Assembly (NCBI GenBank): GCA_964595265.1
Contig: CAZQPV010000004.1
Span: forward strand, 6,576 to 39,657
Origin: an uncultured Fimbriimonadales bacterium
GTDB lineage: Bacteria; Armatimonadota; Fimbriimonadia; Fimbriimonadales; GBS-DC
Length of the DNA stretch: 33,082 bases
Direction of reading: 5' to 3'
In this document: positions 16,901 to 24,392 of the stretch, in pieces
How the letters are laid out: the number at the start of each line of letters is the position of its first letter
Position numbering within the stretch: the first letter of the stretch is position 1
Notes under the pieces: model-generated
Seen by the model: the letters and a program-made list of their open reading frames with translations, nothing else
What the model was told of the DNA's origin: nothing
Database searches by the model: none
Made by a program: the position numbers and the translations under genes

Positions 16901-17453
16901 GAAGGCGAGCAATCCGCTGGCGCTTTTCGCGGTGCTGCTGAACACAGGCGAGCTGGGCACGGTGTTTTCGGCATATGACTCGCGCCGCGCGACTCTGGGA
17001 CCCCGACCGCCCGCCACCAGCTGGCTCAGCAACCAGTTCCTGCCGCCCCAGCCCCATATCGTGAACAATCCGGGCGCGGTGGCGGTTAGCCTGCAGAGTG
17101 TGGCGACTTATACCCTTCAGCGTATGCCTTTGCTGACAACCCCCTACCGCATTCGCTGGGGCGTGATGCGCCGCGATCCTGGCACGGGCGAATATCGCGT
17201 GCGCGGGCGCGTGGTGAACACGGGCATGGATGTGTCGGGACCTGTGGCGATACTGTTCCGCCTACCCAGCGGCGTGGAACTGGTCAACCGCACGGGGATG
17301 AGCCTGTTTGAAATGGGCGTACCTTATTTGATTCTCACAGAGGGGATATGGCGCTCTGGCGAGGTACTGGAGTTTGAGCTGCGTTTCCGTGCCCCGAACC
17401 CCCGCTTCTTCCCACCCAAGGTGGAGCTGCGTGCGGGGGTAGGGGCGCTGTGA
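13971..17453 (+). CDS. Secreted multidomain GH13 alpha-amylase-family glycoside hydrolase
   Basis: All four GH13 conserved regions are present: DLVTNHAD, GYRIDAVRH, IFGEVYS, FVQSHDD. The signal peptide is MRRISTLFMLTWALIATATA/Q. The N-terminal ~130 aa has a starch-binding-module-like pattern (DDWRTT...YDNNASSNYSV). About 600 aa of further C-terminal beta-rich domains follow. GTG at 13953 is the alternative start. Confidence 0.85.
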   Translation: MRRISTLFMLTWALIATATAQLTWVGNTRLYMTGYGQLPSRLGMMEPWQTLTITTQTAPIAPGQRVVAVVTTDDWRTTREYDFSFDFNTGSSTQWYCVLGPFLAGTYVQFYIRAHGGNGEVLYDNNASSNYSVWVRHAPPLKETPILQWFQTDYRTIMQRLPEVVMAGYGALYLPSPVKSGGGGFSTGYNPFDPFDLGDRLQKGTVRTQYGSTQELMELIQLAHRFGIEVYCDLVTNHADNRASTPIDRYPAFIPEDFHIRSTADPTNNEVDFNNVPPFGFGTLNYDVVGLADYAHEDGNNTRTGAFNLPSYAQFNAYGKPSFVRHPNNPHYYSNGTPVSEDIRQLLKRWAWFLTTVIGFDGYRIDAVRHTPPGFFGRTPQQPGGIVSEGDLIPYLYSLNPNLTIFGEVYSSNSWELREYAKTGMNLIDFPMKFMANNLFNSNGYGDLGASLSNGFGTDPSTGLPYELGGLASYLGIGFVQSHDDGPPRSNNLAHAWLLTRPGRPKIYYDGNNIDPNDWSHFPKPGRYNALGNGDETLLKLLDVRKRFARGRLVNRWVSQNLYIYERQVNGYSVLLVGLNNRGDLTPLTATVQTAFAPGTVLYDYSGQRPPVTVDSNGRVTITVPPNSTPTNDNNAYGYVLYAPRTPNPLSEVPPIQFLDSHGNPIPFETVPTPGGVYASGRSFQAVTLTTPLVSLRVRTDVFGASAYFKIDNGVALPGLTPLQSTPEGLKDGFIPMARIADGHFEQHGLDLSRLPAGLHVVRVRVFMNTPAGRPELFNEFFAFFYLKPREGAIVVDGDLSDLGTPIATQTRTPSSSLNRLDALYVRNDHRNLYIGIAGRVDTTENQTYGVALFLDVDYGRGTGLRALEPLADDSGPAPRLISNQRLTAPEGFGADFAVGVFRHRGLHSAPEAPFTGDARLPYAVGAEAGAYRLDPTRLNWLEGIPAQITWRPRLNATDLPTGLEIAIPLDALYANQKASNPLALFAVLLNTGELGTVFSAYDSRRATLGPRPPATSWLSNQFLPPQPHIVNNPGAVAVSLQSVATYTLQRMPLLTTPYRIRWGVMRRDPGTGEYRVRGRVVNTGMDVSGPVAILFRLPSGVELVNRTGMSLFEMGVPYLILTEGIWRSGEVLEFELRFRAPNPRFFPPKVELRAGVGAL

Positions 17454-17700
17454 AGCCTGCGGGACGCCTCACGCATCGTGCCCAACACAACCAAGGAACC
17501 GCTTTGTTGGGTTGGCAGGACGGGTAAAGCCGTTGCTCATATACAAAGCGAGCCTCTGCTGGCTCGTGGTAGCTGGGCATCCTGCCCAATATCACGCGCA
17601 GGATGGGCGTGCTACTTGAGTCGACGCGGGTCGGTTTCGTGTTACAGGAACGGCTTCAGCGGCTCTGTTGCAGACACAGAAGATTCAGCAAACAGGACGC

Positions 17701-17799
17701 GGGAACCGCGTCCGTACGGGCAGGGGTAGGGGCACGGTTCCCATGCCCGCGAGCCAAGCAAGAGGCAGGAACTGCGGGAGGGACACGGTTCCCATGCCC
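17701..17799. repeat. Three copies of GGGAACCGYG; two lie inside a 16-bp direct repeat (CACGGTTCCCATGCCC) spaced 51 bp apart
   Basis: The + strand copy is gggaaccgcg at 17701-17710, inside the hairpin ggacgcgg-gaa-ccgcgtcc at 17695-17713. The reverse copies are cacggttccc at 17733-17742 and 17784-17793. The identical 16-mers are at 17733-17748 and 17784-17799, each preceded by a G-rich run. Confidence 0.6.
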
Positions 17800-17883
17800 A
17801 TGCTCTAAACAAGGTGCGGTTGCCGCGCCCCACCGGCGAGCCTCGCTGTCTCCGAAGGCAGCAGGAGACTCCTTCTGCTGGGG

Positions 17884-17889
17884 TATACT
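17884..17889 (+). promoter_or_regulatory. -10 element (GGGGTATACT) for the sugar-nucleotide operon
   Basis: ctGGGGTATACTttgcatgacatGGAGGtcaagccGTG, with SD at 17901-17905 and start at 17913. Confidence 0.45.
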
Positions 17890-17912
17890 TTGCATGACAT
17901 GGAGGTCAAGCC

Positions 17913-19001
17913 GTGCGAGGCATCATTATCGCGGGAGGCTTAGGTACACGCCTACGACCACTCACCCTGCGCCGTCCCAAGCCGCTGTTGCCTGTGGCGA
18001 ACCGCCCGTTTCTGGAGTATCAGGTGGCGCAGCTGCGGGCGGCAGGCGTGGAAGAGATTGTGTTCGCCACCAACTATCTGGCAGACCGCATCGAGTCGCA
18101 CTTCGGGGACGGCAGCCGCTTCGGGGTGCGCATGCGCTACGCGCAGGAAAAAGAGCCGCTGGGCACGGCGGGCGCCATCCATAACGCCGTGCAAGGCTTA
18201 CCCCCGATGCGCGCGATTGTGTTCAACGGCGATATCCTGACCGATTTTGACATCGGTGCGCTGGTGCGGTTACATCAGGATCGGGGCGCGGAGGTCTCGC
18301 TGACGCTCTATCGCGTGCGACGCCCCCACCCTTATGGGGTGATTCAGGTGGCGGACGACGGGCGCGTGCTGGCGTTTTTGGAGCCGAGCGAGGAGCAGAA
18401 GCGCGCTGCCGACCGCGGCGAGCCGATGGAAGGCGACGACTTCATCAACGCCGGCATCTACATCATGGAGCCAGAGATCATCCAGCGCATCCCGCTGCGT
18501 CCCTGCTCGATTGAGCGCGAGTTCTACCCGCAGATTCTGGCGGAGGGCGCGCGCGTGTACGGCGCGGAGGGACGCGGATTCTGGCTGGATATTGGACGCC
18601 CTGCGCAGTATCAGCGCGCCACACGCGCCCTGCTCAGCGGCGAGGTCAAAGCGGCGCTCCCGCCCGGCGGCGTGTGTACCTCAAACGGCTACTTCATCGA
18701 TGGCGACGCCGATATTGCGCCCGAAGCGGAAATCGAACCCGGCTCGCTGATCGGCAACGGCGCGATTATCGAACCCCACGCGCGTATCAGCGGGTATACT
18801 GTAATTGGCGCAAACAGCGTCATCGGCGCGGGCAGTGCCTTGCACGGATGCATCCTCGGACAGGGCGTGCAGGTCGGCGATGGTTGCTGCCTCACCGACT
18901 GTATCGTGGATGACGGCACGACCATCGAATCGCATGTGCGCCTGCGCGGCGCCATCCTGGGCGCGAACTCGATAATCCGTGCCTACAGCGCCGCCGAGTA
19001 A
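17913..19001 (+). CDS. NDP-sugar pyrophosphorylase (sugar-1-phosphate nucleotidyltransferase) with C-terminal left-handed beta-helix, GMPP-like
   Basis: The N-terminus MRGIIIAGGLGTRLRPLTLRRPKPLLPV carries the GXGTRLXPLT signature. The C-terminal third has hexapeptide repeats (IGNGAIIEPHARISGYTVIGANSVIGAGS...). GTG start with SD GGAGG. Confidence 0.85.
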   Translation: MRGIIIAGGLGTRLRPLTLRRPKPLLPVANRPFLEYQVAQLRAAGVEEIVFATNYLADRIESHFGDGSRFGVRMRYAQEKEPLGTAGAIHNAVQGLPPMRAIVFNGDILTDFDIGALVRLHQDRGAEVSLTLYRVRRPHPYGVIQVADDGRVLAFLEPSEEQKRAADRGEPMEGDDFINAGIYIMEPEIIQRIPLRPCSIEREFYPQILAEGARVYGAEGRGFWLDIGRPAQYQRATRALLSGEVKAALPPGGVCTSNGYFIDGDADIAPEAEIEPGSLIGNGAIIEPHARISGYTVIGANSVIGAGSALHGCILGQGVQVGDGCCLTDCIVDDGTTIESHVRLRGAILGANSIIRAYSAAE

Positions 19002-19027
19002 ACCCTAACAAGGAGGACCGAAACACT

Positions 19028-20146
19028 TTGCAAGTCAGGATGGCAGATTTAGGCAGCCAGTACCGCAAGATTCGGCACGAGGTGGAGCCAGAGCTCCTCA
19101 AAGTGCTGGAAAGCGGGCGTTATATTCTGGGCGAAAATGTGGAGCAACTGGAAGCGGAGATAGCCCAGCTGTGTCGGATGCCCTACGCAATAGGCGTCAA
19201 CTCTGGCACGGACGCGCTCAAACTGGCACTGCGTGCGCTCAACATCCAGCCGGGCGATGAGGTCATCACCACGCCGTTCACCTTCGTCTCCACAGTGGAA
19301 GTGGTGGTGCTTCTGGGCGCGGTTCCCGTGTTCGTGGATATTGACCCCGAAACTTACAACCTGGACCCCGATCAGGTGGAAGCCGCCATTACGCCGCGCA
19401 CCCGTGCGATTATGCCGGTGGATTTGTACGGGCAATCGGCGGAGATGCGCGCCCTGCGCGAGATTGCGGACCGTCACGGGCTGTACCTGATTGAAGACGC
19501 GGCGCAGGCGATTGGCGCTCGCCACTATGAAGAGCCGATTGGCGCCTACGCCGACATCGCCACGCTCAGCTTCTTCCCCACCAAGAACATCGGCGGCGCC
19601 GGCGACGGTGGGATGGTGTTGACCCACTACGAAGAGCTCGCCCGCAAAATACGCAGCCTGCGCGTGCACGGCATGAACGGCGGCTATTACTATGAAGACA
19701 TCGGCTACACCAGTCGATTAGACGAGATTCAAGCCGTGATTCTGCGCGCCAAACTGCGCCACCTTGAGGAATGGACCCAGCGGCGGCGCTATCATGCCAC
19801 GCTTTACCGCACGCTCCTCGCAGAAATGGAGCCTTGCCTGCCTGTCGTGCGCCCCTATAACTATCATGTGTATCACCAGTTCACCCTGCGCCATCCCCGG
19901 CGCGACGCGCTTCGGGAACACCTGAAAGCACGCGGCCTCGAGAGCGCCGTCTACTACCCCCTCCCGCTCCACCTGCAGCCCGCCTATCGCTTCCTGGGTT
20001 ATCGCGAAGGCGACTTCCCGCATGCAGAACGCGCCGCGCAGGAGGTGCTGTCCATCCCTGTCCACTCGGAACTGGGCGAAGACCAGATTACAACAGTCGC
20101 CGAAAGCATTCTTGAGTTTGCGCGTTCGGAGGTCTCGGTGCGATGA
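19028..20146 (+). CDS. DegT/DnrJ/EryC1/StrS-family PLP-dependent sugar aminotransferase
   Basis: DLGSQYRKIRHEVEPELLKVLESGRYILGENVEQLE is the family N-terminus. LSFFPTKNIGGAGDGG contains the PLP lysine. TTG at 19028 lies 10 nt after GGAGGA; the ATG at 19040 is the alternative start. Confidence 0.85.
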   Translation: MQVRMADLGSQYRKIRHEVEPELLKVLESGRYILGENVEQLEAEIAQLCRMPYAIGVNSGTDALKLALRALNIQPGDEVITTPFTFVSTVEVVVLLGAVPVFVDIDPETYNLDPDQVEAAITPRTRAIMPVDLYGQSAEMRALREIADRHGLYLIEDAAQAIGARHYEEPIGAYADIATLSFFPTKNIGGAGDGGMVLTHYEELARKIRSLRVHGMNGGYYYEDIGYTSRLDEIQAVILRAKLRHLEEWTQRRRYHATLYRTLLAEMEPCLPVVRPYNYHVYHQFTLRHPRRDALREHLKARGLESAVYYPLPLHLQPAYRFLGYREGDFPHAERAAQEVLSIPVHSELGEDQITTVAESILEFARSEVSVR

Positions 20147-21189
20147 AGGCGATGATTCTGGCGGCAGGGGTCGGTTCACGGCTGGACCCGCTCACCCGCG
20201 CCGTGCCCAAACCGATGGTGCCCATCGTGAACCGCCCCGTGATGGAGCATCTGGTACAACTGCTCAAAAAACACGGGTTCACCGAAATCATGGTGAACCT
20301 TTATTATTTGGGCGAGAAGATTAAAGCCTACTTCGGCGACGGCTCGAAGTGGGGCGTTCGCATCCATTACTCGGAGGAAGACCGCCTGTGGGGCGACGCG
20401 GGAAGCGTCAAGCGCGTGCAGGATTTCTTCGACGACACCTTTCTGGTGATTGGCGGCGACGACCTCACCGATTTAGACCTCTCCCGACTGATGCGCTTCC
20501 ATAAAGAGAAAAAAGCCTACTGCACCATTGCGCTCTCACTGGTGGAAGACCCCTCCGAATACGGAATTGCCCTGCTTAATGAGAAGGGGCGTATCACGCG
20601 CTTCCTGGAGAAACCCAAGGGCGAGATGATCTTCTCCAACGCCGCGAATATCGGCATTTATGTGCTGGAGCCTGCTGTGTTTGATCTCATCCCGAACGGC
20701 GTGCCCTACGGATTCGGCGCGAACCTACTGCCCATGCTGATCGAGCGCAAACTGCCACTGTACGGCTTCCTCACCTCCAGCTACTGGAAAGATGTGGGCA
20801 ACCTGAAGACCTATCAGCAGGCGCACTGGGACGCGCTAGCAGGGCGCGTGCAAATCCAGATGCCCTACCCGGAACGGCGCAAATATGTGTGGGTCGGCGA
20901 AAATGTGGAGATTGCCAAAGACGCCGAGATTGGCTATCCCGTCGTGATTGGCTCTGGCACACGGATTGAATCGGGCGCGAAGGTGCTGGAGAACTGCGTA
21001 ATCGGCGAAAACTGCATCGTGGAAGCGGGCGCGGTGGTGCAGGAAAGCATCTTGTGGGATGGCGCGGTCGTGATGCGCGACACGATGCTCGTGCGCTGTG
21101 TCGTCGGGCGCGACTGCAAAGTCAAATCGAATGTCGCCATCTTCGACGGCGTGATTGTGGACGCTAACCCCGTCCCGAGCAAAGCATAG
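20143..21189 (+). CDS. Second NDP-sugar pyrophosphorylase with C-terminal left-handed beta-helix, GMPP-like paralogue
   Basis: ATGA overlap with the upstream stop. MKAMILAAGVGSRLDPLTRAVPKPMVPI (GXGSRLXPLT). C-terminal hexapeptide repeats (IGSGTRIESGAKVLENCVIGENCIVEAGAVV...). Confidence 0.85.
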   Translation: MKAMILAAGVGSRLDPLTRAVPKPMVPIVNRPVMEHLVQLLKKHGFTEIMVNLYYLGEKIKAYFGDGSKWGVRIHYSEEDRLWGDAGSVKRVQDFFDDTFLVIGGDDLTDLDLSRLMRFHKEKKAYCTIALSLVEDPSEYGIALLNEKGRITRFLEKPKGEMIFSNAANIGIYVLEPAVFDLIPNGVPYGFGANLLPMLIERKLPLYGFLTSSYWKDVGNLKTYQQAHWDALAGRVQIQMPYPERRKYVWVGENVEIAKDAEIGYPVVIGSGTRIESGAKVLENCVIGENCIVEAGAVVQESILWDGAVVMRDTMLVRCVVGRDCKVKSNVAIFDGVIVDANPVPSKA

Positions 21190-21228
21190 CAGGATTTTCA
21201 GCGCCCTTCGCGAAAAACGAGATAAGCT

Positions 21229-22209
21229 ATGGTCAAAGTTGGCATCGTTGGGCTGGGCACGATGGGGCGTCAGCACATGGACGCCTACCTGCAAATGCCC
21301 GATGTGGAAGTCGCAGGGGTCTACGACCATCATCCTGACCGTGCGGAAGCGTTTCGCCAGCAGTATGGCGTGCCGGTTGCGGCGTCGTTTAGCACCCTTC
21401 TGGAGACCTGCGAGATTATCGATATCTGCACCCCCACCTACCGCCACCTGGAATATGCCCTGCCAGCGATTGAGGCGGGCAAGGCGGTGGTGTGCGAGAA
21501 GCCGCTGGCGCGCAGGCTGGAAGACTGCGAGCGCATCGCCGAGGCGGTTCACAAACACAACACCCTGTTTATGCCCGCCCATGTGTTGCGCTTCTTCCCA
21601 GAGTTCCGCACGGCGCACCAGCTGATTCGGAACGGCGCGATTGGCACGCCAGCGATTATCCGCACGCGACGCGGCGGCGACTTCCCCATCACCAAAAGCG
21701 ACTGGTACGCCGATTTTGAAAAAAGCGGCGGCGTGATTTTAGACCTCATCATCCACGACTTTGACTGGCTGCGCTGGACACTGGGCGAAGTGGAGCGCGT
21801 CTACGCTAAAGCGCTCACCTTCCGCAACCTGAGTCATCTGGACTACACGCTGGTCACGCTTCGCTTCCAGAACGGTGCGATAGCTCATGTGGAGGGCACC
21901 TGGTGCGACCCTGGCGGCTTCCGCGTAAGCCTGGAAGCCTGCGGCGACGCGGGCATGCTGGAATACGACTCCGCCCGGCAAGTCCCCTTGCGCATCGCGA
22001 CCCGCGCCGACGAGGGGAGCGCTGGCGGCGTGCAGGTCCCCGAAAGCCCCGCGGTGGCGAACCCCTACTATCTGGAGCTGCGCCACTTCGTGGACTGCTA
22101 CAAAACGGGCGCCACGCCCGAACTCACCGTAACCGACGGCGTGGAAGCCGTGCGCATCGCGCTCATGGCAATTGAATCCGCACGCACAGGGAGGGCTGTC
22201 AAGCGATGA
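21229..22209 (+). CDS. Gfo/Idh/MocA-family NAD(P)-dependent oxidoreductase
   Basis: Rossmann loop VGIVGLGTMGRQH and the family EKP motif (VVCEKPLARRLED). Confidence 0.85.
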   Translation: MVKVGIVGLGTMGRQHMDAYLQMPDVEVAGVYDHHPDRAEAFRQQYGVPVAASFSTLLETCEIIDICTPTYRHLEYALPAIEAGKAVVCEKPLARRLEDCERIAEAVHKHNTLFMPAHVLRFFPEFRTAHQLIRNGAIGTPAIIRTRRGGDFPITKSDWYADFEKSGGVILDLIIHDFDWLRWTLGEVERVYAKALTFRNLSHLDYTLVTLRFQNGAIAHVEGTWCDPGGFRVSLEACGDAGMLEYDSARQVPLRIATRADEGSAGGVQVPESPAVANPYYLELRHFVDCYKTGATPELTVTDGVEAVRIALMAIESARTGRAVKR

Positions 22210-23198
22210 AGGTCAAAGTGGGTATTATGAGTTTCGCGCACCTGCACGCCGACAGCTACGCGCACTGCCTCAAAGCCAACCCGCGTGCGGAGTTCGTGGG
22301 GATTGCCGACCATGACCGCCAGCGGGCACAGGCAAAAGCGGAGCAATACGGCGTGGCAATGTTCGAAAGCTACGAAGCGCTTCTGGCGTCGGAGGTGCAG
22401 GCAGTCATTATCTGCTCCGAGAACGCCAAACACGCCCAGCTCGCCCAGATGGCTGCCGCCGCAGGCAAACAGATCCTCTGCGAAAAGCCCCTCATGACCC
22501 GCCTGGAAGACGGCAAAGCGATGCTTGCAGCGGCGCGAGGCGCAGGGGTTCACCTGTTCACTGCCTTCCCGTGCCGTTTCAGCCCCGCCTTCCAGAAAAT
22601 GAAAGCGCTGATTGATGCGGGCACAATCGGCGAGTTGCTGGCGTTGCGGGGCACGAACCGCGGCTCCAATCCCGGCGGCTGGTTTAACGACCCGGAACTG
22701 GCAGGCGGCGGCGCGCTGATAGACCACACCGTGCATGTCGCAGACCTGATTCGCCTGCTCACGGGACAGGAAATCGCCACGGTGTACGCCGAGACCAGCA
22801 ACCAGATGTTCCATGGCAACTACGACGACACCGCTCTGCTCACCCTGACCCTGCAAAACGAGCTGTTCGCAAAGCTGGACGCCAGCTGGTCGCGCCCTAA
22901 AACCTTCCCCACATGGGGCGATGTAACGCTCACCGCCATCGGCACCAAAGGGATTATCGAGATGGATATGTTCGCCCAGTATCTGCTCCACTATGACGAC
23001 CGCGCGGGGCGAATCAAACAGGTCTTCTGGGGCGACAACATCGACGCGCTGATGATAGACGAGTTCCTGCGCGTGGTGGCAGGCGAACCGCGAGGTATCC
23101 TCGCGACGGGTGAGGATGGCTATCGCGCTGCCGCTGTCGCACTCGCAGGCTACGAATCGGCACGGCGAGGCGAACCCGTCGCCGTTGCCTATGAGTGA
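22206..23198 (+). CDS. Gfo/Idh/MocA-family oxidoreductase, second paralogue with non-canonical N-terminal loop
   Basis: ATGA overlap with the upstream stop. The EKP motif ILCEKPLMTRLED is present. The N-terminal loop is VGIMSFAHLHADSY rather than GXGXXG. Confidence 0.8.
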   Translation: MKVKVGIMSFAHLHADSYAHCLKANPRAEFVGIADHDRQRAQAKAEQYGVAMFESYEALLASEVQAVIICSENAKHAQLAQMAAAAGKQILCEKPLMTRLEDGKAMLAAARGAGVHLFTAFPCRFSPAFQKMKALIDAGTIGELLALRGTNRGSNPGGWFNDPELAGGGALIDHTVHVADLIRLLTGQEIATVYAETSNQMFHGNYDDTALLTLTLQNELFAKLDASWSRPKTFPTWGDVTLTAIGTKGIIEMDMFAQYLLHYDDRAGRIKQVFWGDNIDALMIDEFLRVVAGEPRGILATGEDGYRAAAVALAGYESARRGEPVAVAYE

Positions 23199-23212
23199 GG
23201 AGGGAGAACCTC

Positions 23213-23446
23213 ATGCTTGTCCGACTCTATGACACCGAAACGGGAGCGTTAATCGGCACACTCAACGAGGTGCAGTTCCGCGCCCTGCAAGAAGCGCTGG
23301 AAGAGGAGAGCGCAAACGACCAGGACTACTACATCCACCGCGACGCGCTCCACCTGATTCAAGATGATGCGGTTGTGGCGCTGTTGAGTCAGGCGCTGGG
23401 CGACCGGGACGAGATGGACCTCCGCTGGGAGATTATCTCAGATTGA
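23213..23446 (+). CDS. Small acidic protein of unknown function (77 aa)
   Basis: I chose the ATG at 23213 because GGAGGGAG lies upstream. It begins MLVRLYDTETGALIGTLNEVQFRALQEALEEE. It sits between the oxidoreductase and the permease with 14-nt and 1-nt gaps. Confidence 0.55.
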   Translation: MLVRLYDTETGALIGTLNEVQFRALQEALEEESANDQDYYIHRDALHLIQDDAVVALLSQALGDRDEMDLRWEIISD

Positions 23447-23447
23447 A

Positions 23448-24341
23448 ATGCGCCTTGAAACCCGACGCACGCTCTACGGCTACCTGTTCGTACTGCCGTG
23501 GCTGACGGGTTTCATGCTCTTCACGCTCTACCCGATTCTGGCGACCCTCTACTTCAGTTTCACGGACTATCGGGTGCTGGGCGCACCGCGATGGGTGGGG
23601 CTGGAAAACTATCGCGCCCTGCTCGCCGATGCGGACTACTTCTGGCGCTCTGTGGGCAACACGCTCTTTATGCTCATCGAGGTGCCGCTGAGCGTGGTGC
23701 TGGGGATTGGACTGGCGCTGCTGCTCAATCAGCGCTTGCGGGGGCAGGCGCTCTACCGCACGCTGTTCTATCTCCCGTCGGTCGTGCCTGCGGTGGCGAC
23801 GGCGTTCCTCTGGCTGTGGGTGCTGAACCCTCAAAACGGCTTGGCGGTTCCCCTCAATCAGGCACTGACCCAGCTGGGCTTTGCGCCGATTCTGTGGTTT
23901 ACGGACCCTGCCACCGCCAAGTGGGGCTTTATTGTGATGGATCTATGGGCGATTGGGGGCGTGATGGTCATCTATCTGGCGGCGCTACAGGGCGTGCCCA
24001 GCCATCTTTACGAGGCGGCGCTGATCGATGGCGCTCGCGGATGGCAGCTCATTCGGCACATCACCCTGCCCCAGATTGCCCCCGTGATTCAATACATGGT
24101 GATTATCGGAGTGATCGGCGCGTTTCAGTATTTCACGCAGACTTTTATTGCCACACAGGGCGGTCCCGAAAACAGCACCCTGTTCTACGCGCTTTATCTG
24201 TTCCAGAATGCGTTTCAGTTCTTTCGGTTCGGGCACGCCTGCGCGATGGCATGGCTGCTGTTTCTGATTACGCTCGCCGCCACCTACCTGATATGGAAAA
24301 TCTCTCTCAGCCGCGTGTTTGAAGAAGTGCCCGAAGGTTAA
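23448..24341 (+). CDS. Carbohydrate-type ABC transporter permease (MalF/UgpA-like, CUT1)
   Basis: Six TM helices and the EAA loop YEAALIDGARGWQLIRHITLPQIAP. The N-terminus RRTLYGYLFVLPWLTGFMLFTLYPIL is typical of the family. Confidence 0.85.
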   Translation: MRLETRRTLYGYLFVLPWLTGFMLFTLYPILATLYFSFTDYRVLGAPRWVGLENYRALLADADYFWRSVGNTLFMLIEVPLSVVLGIGLALLLNQRLRGQALYRTLFYLPSVVPAVATAFLWLWVLNPQNGLAVPLNQALTQLGFAPILWFTDPATAKWGFIVMDLWAIGGVMVIYLAALQGVPSHLYEAALIDGARGWQLIRHITLPQIAPVIQYMVIIGVIGAFQYFTQTFIATQGGPENSTLFYALYLFQNAFQFFRFGHACAMAWLLFLITLAATYLIWKISLSRVFEEVPEG

Positions 24342-24359
24342 GTCGTGGCGCCCTCAGGG

Positions 24360-24365
24360 TATAAT
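24360..24365 (+). promoter_or_regulatory. -10 element (GGGTATAAT) for the second rhodanese gene
   Basis: caGGGTATAATttacccctgctaaatatcGGAGGTGgaATG, with the start at 24393. Confidence 0.5.
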
Positions 24366-24392
24366 TTACCCCTGCTAAATATCGGAGGTGGA

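Noticed and set aside
17733-17799. Direct repeats as a possible CRISPR array
   Set aside because: There are only two copies of a 16-bp repeat, the flanks are partly similar (an imperfect tandem duplication), and there are no cas genes. I report it as a simple repeat or possible operator instead.
17478-18184. ORFs of 83 and 193 aa inside and overlapping the long intergenic leader
   Set aside because: The translations are Arg/Cys/Gly/Ser-rich with no SD. The 193-aa ORF runs out of frame into the well-supported nucleotidyltransferase gene.
18792-18799. GGTATACT inside the first nucleotidyltransferase gene as an internal promoter
   Set aside because: It lies about 230 nt upstream of the next gene, inside a coding region. 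A single 8-mer match in a coding sequence is expected by chance, and nothing else supports it.
20836-22991. Long minus-strand ORFs (20836-21618 and 22098-22991) opposite the pyrophosphorylase and oxidoreductase genes
   Set aside because: The plus-strand genes carry clear family motifs (GXGSRLXPLT, EKP). The minus-strand translations are Arg/His/Ala-rich and lack SDs. The same reasoning applies to 10764-11510, 5891-6610, 19049-19669 and 26376-27245.
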